A DNA stretch of 20,000 bases from the sequence record SRR20825006_1326; one strand, given 5' to 3'. The notes under the pieces were generated by a model. The model searched no databases and was not told the origin of the DNA. It saw only the letters and a list, made by a program, of their open reading frames with translations. Made by a program: the position numbers and the translations under genes. Below, piece after piece: positions 14,971 to 20,000 of this stretch; position 1 is the stretch's first letter; each line of letters opens with the position of its first letter.

Positions 14971-17094
14971 CTAGCCCGCTTTGATCAGTGGGATAGCGAG
15001 ATCTTTCCGGAACAAATAGAGCAGGGTGCGCACCGCGTCCCCTTTTGGGCCAGACAGGCCTGGATTGCTTTCAATCATATTGGCCGCATCTTCATGCGCC
15101 ATATCCAACAAATCCCGATGAAAATCAGGTATGGCGATGCGATAACCTGGCATGCCCGATTGCCGTGTGCCCAGCAGATCGCCTTCACCGCGCAACTCCA
15201 AATCGCGCTCAGCAATCTTAAACCCGTCCTCGGTTTCCTTAATAGTTTCCAACCGCTTCTGCGCAATCTCGCTCAGGTTTTCCCCATGCAACAGCAGGCA
15301 GGCGGACTTTTTGCTGCCCCGGCCAACGCGGCCACGCAACTGATGCAATTGCGACAGGCCAAACCGTTCCGCATGTTCAATGATCATTATGCTGGCGTTT
15401 GGCACATCGACGCCCACTTCAATCACCGTGGTCGCGACCAAAATTTGCAACTCGCCAGCCGCAAATTGCTCCATCACCGCCTGTTTATCCGCAGCGGCCA
15501 TGCGCCCATGCACAAGGCCAACACGGCCCGGAAACGCTTGATTGAGCGCTTTGAACCGATCTTCCGCCGAAGTGGCATTTAAATGTTCCGATTCCTCAAC
15601 CAACGGACACACCCAGAAAGCTTGAACCCCTTCATGCATCCGCTGTCCTAACCGCGCGACAACGCGGTCATAGTCTTTTTCTGAAAGAATGGCCGTATCA
15701 ATCGGTTGCCGCCCCTTAGGCTTATCGGTCAGCAAGCTAACATCCATGTCGCCGAAATGGGTCAGCACCAAGGTGCGCGGAATGGGCGTGGCGGTCATCA
15801 CCAACAATTCGGTCTTGCGGCCCTTATCAGATAAGGCCAAGCGCTGATGCACACCAAATCGGTGCTGCTCGTCCACAACAGTTAGACCCAACTGCTGAAA
15901 CTCAATGCTGGATTGAAACAGGGCATGAGTGCCCACCACAATATCAATCTCGCCATCTGCGATTTTCGCTTGGATCGCGCGGCGTTCTCCTTGCGGCATT
16001 TTCCCGGTCAGCAAAGCGACTTTCAGTCCCACCTGATCGCAAATGGCCGAAATGGAATGGAAATGCTGTGTCGCCAAAATCTCCGTGGGCGCCATCAACG
16101 CACTTTGCGCACCACTTTCGGCCATGGCCGCCATCGCCAGCAGCGCGACGACTGTCTTGCCAGCCCCCACATCGCCTTGGATCAACCGCGCCATTTTCCG
16201 CTTCTGTCGCAAATCGGCGTAAATATCGGTAAGAGCAGATTCTTGCCCCGGCGTCAGGCTAAAGGGCAGGGCATCGCGCACTTTCTCCGCCAGTGCACCG
16301 CTAAACTCGCGAGCAATGCCGGTTTCCCGCGTCAGGGTTGAACGCACGATCTGCAAGGTCAACTGCCCGGCCAAATATTCATCATAGGCCAACCGCGCCC
16401 GCGCAGCGCCATCCAGCGCCGCTTCACCGGGCGTACCGGGCATATGGGTTTGCCGCATCGCATCTGCAAAGCTTGGCCAGCCATTTAAGGTGAGACGATT
16501 TTCAGGCACCCATTCTGGCATTTCCGGCATTTGCGCCAAGGCATCGCGCACCGCACCTTGAAGCTTTTTCGCATTCAGCCCTTGGGTCAACGGATAAATC
16601 GGCTCAACCAGAGGCATTTCATCAAATTGATCTGGCTTCACCACAAAATCAGGATGGTTGATCTGCTTTTGCCCCTGAAACGCCGTCACCATGCCAGAGA
16701 CATATCGTTGCTCGCCTTCGGGCAGCGTCTTTTCCAACCATGCGGCGCGTCCTGCAAAATAGGTCAGCATCATCTCGCCGGTGTCATCATGGGCGATAAT
16801 GCGATAGGGCACACGTTTGTTGCCGCGTGGTGGCGCACGATGTTGATCAATGGACAGCAAAAAAGTGGAAATGGCACCCGGTTGCGCAAATGCCGCTCCT
16901 GGTTGGTGACGCCGATCCACCAGCCCCGCAGGCATATGCATCAGCAAATCCAACAGAATCGCGTCTTGCCCTTCAGGCGCGCCGAAAAAGCGAGCCATGG
17001 TTTGGGCCAGTTGGGGGCCGATTCCCTTTAATTTCTTGACCGATGCAAAAAGCGGGGTGAGTTGTTGCGGCCGCGCCACGCCATATCCTTCCAT
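14971..17094 (-). CDS. recG: ATP-dependent DNA helicase RecG
   Basis: LKGIGP N-terminus, wedge domain, LIQGDVGAGKT, DEQHRFGV, MTATPIPRTL, QLRGRVGRG, DLELRGEGDLLG. Confidence 0.98.
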   Translation of the reverse strand: MEGYGVARPQQLTPLFASVKKLKGIGPQLAQTMARFFGAPEGQDAILLDLLMHMPAGLVDRRHQPGAAFAQPGAISTFLLSIDQHRAPPRGNKRVPYRIIAHDDTGEMMLTYFAGRAAWLEKTLPEGEQRYVSGMVTAFQGQKQINHPDFVVKPDQFDEMPLVEPIYPLTQGLNAKKLQGAVRDALAQMPEMPEWVPENRLTLNGWPSFADAMRQTHMPGTPGEAALDGAARARLAYDEYLAGQLTLQIVRSTLTRETGIAREFSGALAEKVRDALPFSLTPGQESALTDIYADLRQKRKMARLIQGDVGAGKTVVALLAMAAMAESGAQSALMAPTEILATQHFHSISAICDQVGLKVALLTGKMPQGERRAIQAKIADGEIDIVVGTHALFQSSIEFQQLGLTVVDEQHRFGVHQRLALSDKGRKTELLVMTATPIPRTLVLTHFGDMDVSLLTDKPKGRQPIDTAILSEKDYDRVVARLGQRMHEGVQAFWVCPLVEESEHLNATSAEDRFKALNQAFPGRVGLVHGRMAAADKQAVMEQFAAGELQILVATTVIEVGVDVPNASIMIIEHAERFGLSQLHQLRGRVGRGSKKSACLLLHGENLSEIAQKRLETIKETEDGFKIAERDLELRGEGDLLGTRQSGMPGYRIAIPDFHRDLLDMAHEDAANMIESNPGLSGPKGDAVRTLLYLFRKDLAIPLIKAG

Positions 17095-17227
17095 AAATGT
17101 TCATAAATCAGAACAAGTACGTCTACATCAGCCTAAAGGGGCAAAAAAATCAATCAGCCTGCTGACAAATCCAACGATTGATAATATTGAAGGCGTCACT
17201 TCCTTTCGCGTCTTCTAAGGTGATGCC

Positions 17228-17533
17228 ATGACCAGCACCAACATGAACAACCCAACCGACCAAGCTCACCTCGACCGCTTGAAGCGCATCAAATATCGCG
17301 CCAACCATCGCGGCACGCAGGAGATGGACATCATTTTGGGTGGTTTTGTGGATCAGGAAATTCGGAATTTTGACGCGGCTATGTTGGATCGTTTGGAAAA
17401 TCTGATGAACGAGACAGACGCTGATCTTTATCAGTGGATCATCGGTCAGCCCGGCACCACACAATGTCAGGATGTTGAATTGCTCGACATGATCATCGCC
17501 TATCAGCGCGACAAAGTGCGGTCGGGAGACTAG
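17228..17533 (+). CDS. sdhE: Succinate dehydrogenase flavinylation/assembly factor 2 (SdhE/Sdh5)
   Basis: KRIKYRANHRGTQEMDIILG (RGxxE motif) and D.DLYQWI. Conserved position between recG and mfd. Confidence 0.92.
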   Translation: MTSTNMNNPTDQAHLDRLKRIKYRANHRGTQEMDIILGGFVDQEIRNFDAAMLDRLENLMNETDADLYQWIIGQPGTTQCQDVELLDMIIAYQRDKVRSGD

Positions 17534-17535
17534 CA

Positions 17536-20000
17536 ATGGCCGAGCAGGGCGACAGCTTCAGCCTAATCCCCAGCACCTATTTGTGTGGCGTACCAGATGG
17601 CATGCAGCCAATTGTGGTCAGCCAGCAATTGGAACAATTGCAGCAAGGTGCACCCAATGCACCTGCCGCTGTATTTGTTGCACGTGATGGTCGGCGGATG
17701 CAGAAAATGGCTGAACATCTGCGTCGGCTTTGCCCAAAACATGATGTGCTGCTGTTCCCCGCGTGGGATTGTTTGCCTTATGACCGTGTGTCGCCAAATG
17801 CGGGCGTGTTGGCCGAACGGATGACCACGTTGGCCCAACTGGCTTCTGGCAACAATGCGGGCAAAATTGTCGTCACCGCCGTCAACGCGATCGTGCAGAA
17901 AACCTTGCCACCAGAATTGGTGCAGCAATTTGCACTGTTCTTTAAAGTCGGCGAAAATATCGGCACTGAAAAGCTGATCGAATGGGCAAGCGTCAATGGT
18001 TATCTGCGGGTCCCAACGGTGCGAGAAGAAGGCGAGTTTGCCGTGCGCGGTGGCCTTGTTGATCTTTACCCCGCTGGCGCTGAAGCGCCGTTGCGGTTCG
18101 ATTTTTTTGGCGCATCGCTGGAAACAATCCGGACTTTTGATCCTGAAACACAGCGCACCTTGGCGCAGCAAAAATCTGCGGCTTTGGTGCCCATGAGCGA
18201 AGTGGTGCTCACGCCAGAAGCAATCTCAACCTTCCGCCGTGCCTATACCCGCCAATTTGGCGGCGACACGGCGAATGATCCGCTTTATGCCGCCATCAGC
18301 GCTGGGCAGCGCTTTGCGGGCATGGAACATTGGCTGCCCTTCTTTTATGAAGATATGGGCAATTTCCGCGATTTCACAGGCGAGGCGACTTGGGTTTTGG
18401 ACGATCAGGTCAGCCAAGCCATTTCGGAGCGCATGGCGCAAGTTGCGGATTATTACGAAGCGCGCTTTGAGGCCCTAAGCGAACCGCAAACAGGCGGAGC
18501 GCCCTATAAGCCGCTACCGCCAGATTTGCTTTATGATTTGCAGGACGACACAGCAGAATGGCTTGGCACCAAGCTGCTTCAAATCACGCCATTCCATTCG
18601 CTGGAGCGTCCAGATGCGGACGTGAAGCCTCTGGATGGCCAATTGGTCGCCAACTTCTCACAAGAACGGCAAGCCAAAGACACCAATGTGTTTGAGGCCG
18701 TGATCAACCGCATTAAAACCAAGCAGGCAGAAGGCAAACGCGCCATCATTGCCTGCTGGAGTGAAGGCACGCGCGACCGTATGGCGCAAGTGCTCAAAGA
18801 TCATGAATATGAGAATCTAAATCTCATTCAGTTCTGGCAGCAAACCCAAGAATTGGGAAAACATACAATCGGTTTGATTGTCCTTGGCCTCGAATCTGGA
18901 TTTGAAACTGACAGCCAATTTGTCCTGTCAGAGCAAGATATTCTGGGCGAACGGATCATTCGCTCGCGCAAACGCAAAAAGGGCGCAGATGCCATCACAG
19001 AAGCCAGCGGTTTGGCTGCTGGCGATTTGGTGGTGCATGTGGATCACGGCATTGGTCGCTTTGTAGGCCTTAAGGCTATTGAGGTCACTGGCGCACCTCA
19101 TGATTGTGTTGAAATCGAATATGCCAAAGGCGATCGTCTTTATTTGCCTGTCGAAAATATTGAACTTTTGTCGCGCTATGGGTCTGAAGGTGGCGCGGGC
19201 GTATTGGACAAGTTGGGCGGCGTTGCGTGGCAAGCCAAGAAGTCTAAGCTCAAGCAACGCATTCGGGAGATGGCCGATCAATTGATCAAGGTCGCCGCTG
19301 CACGCGAATTGACCAAAGGCGATGTAATCGAGCCAACGACAGGGCTTTACGAAGAATTTTGCGCGCGCTTCCCGTTTGAAGAAACTGACGACCAGCTCAA
19401 CGCCATCGATTCTGTGTTTGAAGACTTAACCAGCGGCCGTGCGATGGACCGCTTGGTCTGTGGCGATGTGGGCTTCGGCAAAACCGAAGTTGCGTTGCGC
19501 GCCGCATTTGCCGTGGCGCTCACCGGCAAACAGGTCGCGGTCGTGGTGCCCACCACCTTGCTGGCACGCCAGCACTTTAAAACCTTCAAAGAGCGCTTTG
19601 CGGATTTGCCTGTGCGCGTGCGTCAGGCATCGCGCTTGGTTTCCCCCAAAGAACTTAAGGCCACCAAAGAAGGCGTGGCCAGCGGTGATGTTGATATCGT
19701 TATTGGCACCCACGCATTGCTCGGCAAAAGCGTTAAGTTCCACGATCTCGGTTTGCTGGTGATCGATGAAGAACAACATTTCGGTGTCGGCCATAAAGAG
19801 CGTTTGAAAGAACTGAAATCAAACGTGCATGTGCTTACGCTCTCCGCCACACCAATTCCGCGCACATTACAAATGGCGCTCACTGGCGTGCGTGACCTGT
19901 CCATTTTGGCAACCCCGCCAATTGACCGTCTGTCAGTGCGCTCCTTTGTGATGCCATTTGACAGTTTGGTGATCCGCGAAGCCTTGCTGCGCGAGAAATA
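17536..20000 (+). CDS. mfd: Transcription-repair coupling factor (partial, 3' end outside window)
   Basis: Manual translation from ATG 17536 (after GGGAG): FPAWDCLPYDRVSP, GEFAVRGG, GDLVVHVDHGIGRF, FPFEETDDQ, DRLVCGDVGFGKT, DEEQHFG, SATPIPRTL. Confidence 0.98.
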   Translation, partial: MAEQGDSFSLIPSTYLCGVPDGMQPIVVSQQLEQLQQGAPNAPAAVFVARDGRRMQKMAEHLRRLCPKHDVLLFPAWDCLPYDRVSPNAGVLAERMTTLAQLASGNNAGKIVVTAVNAIVQKTLPPELVQQFALFFKVGENIGTEKLIEWASVNGYLRVPTVREEGEFAVRGGLVDLYPAGAEAPLRFDFFGASLETIRTFDPETQRTLAQQKSAALVPMSEVVLTPEAISTFRRAYTRQFGGDTANDPLYAAISAGQRFAGMEHWLPFFYEDMGNFRDFTGEATWVLDDQVSQAISERMAQVADYYEARFEALSEPQTGGAPYKPLPPDLLYDLQDDTAEWLGTKLLQITPFHSLERPDADVKPLDGQLVANFSQERQAKDTNVFEAVINRIKTKQAEGKRAIIACWSEGTRDRMAQVLKDHEYENLNLIQFWQQTQELGKHTIGLIVLGLESGFETDSQFVLSEQDILGERIIRSRKRKKGADAITEASGLAAGDLVVHVDHGIGRFVGLKAIEVTGAPHDCVEIEYAKGDRLYLPVENIELLSRYGSEGGAGVLDKLGGVAWQAKKSKLKQRIREMADQLIKVAAARELTKGDVIEPTTGLYEEFCARFPFEETDDQLNAIDSVFEDLTSGRAMDRLVCGDVGFGKTEVALRAAFAVALTGKQVAVVVPTTLLARQHFKTFKERFADLPVRVRQASRLVSPKELKATKEGVASGDVDIVIGTHALLGKSVKFHDLGLLVIDEEQHFGVGHKERLKELKSNVHVLTLSATPIPRTLQMALTGVRDLSILATPPIDRLSVRSFVMPFDSLVIREALLREK

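Noticed and set aside
12144-19904. Long antisense or off-frame ORFs (12144-13133 -, 16531-17031 +, 17563-18171 - and others)
   Set aside because: They are shadows of glmS, recG and mfd with no independent motifs.
1-20000. CRISPR array, integrase/transposase, retron or other defence system
   Set aside because: I saw no repeat-spacer array and no recombinase, reverse transcriptase or nuclease motifs on either strand.

Overview
Alphaproteobacterial chromosome segment. Gene order and protein character suggest Hyphomicrobiales, which is an inference. It has two halves separated by a tRNA-Lys(TTT) gene at 9751-9826 (-). The right half is housekeeping: SPOR-domain protein, glmU, glmS, DUF502 protein, recG, sdhE and a partial mfd. 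The left half, starting just past the tRNA 3' end, is an accessory NRPS biosynthetic gene cluster that I cannot match to a known pathway. It holds a type II thioesterase, an Sfp-type PPTase, a hypothetical protein and a TauD-family Fe(II)/2-oxoglutarate dioxygenase (all -), a translationally coupled MFS/GSCFA/SGNH operon (+), and a divergent NRPS (A-T-C..., ATG at 2977, running off the left edge). The NRPS and mfd are absent from the supplied ORF track because their stops lie outside the window, so I translated them by hand. Highlights are a non-canonical EHHIVHDG condensation motif, an unusual A-domain code, two SGNH-fold enzymes embedded in the cluster, and a ~310-nt structured NRPS leader containing a uORF with a strong Shine-Dalgarno site.
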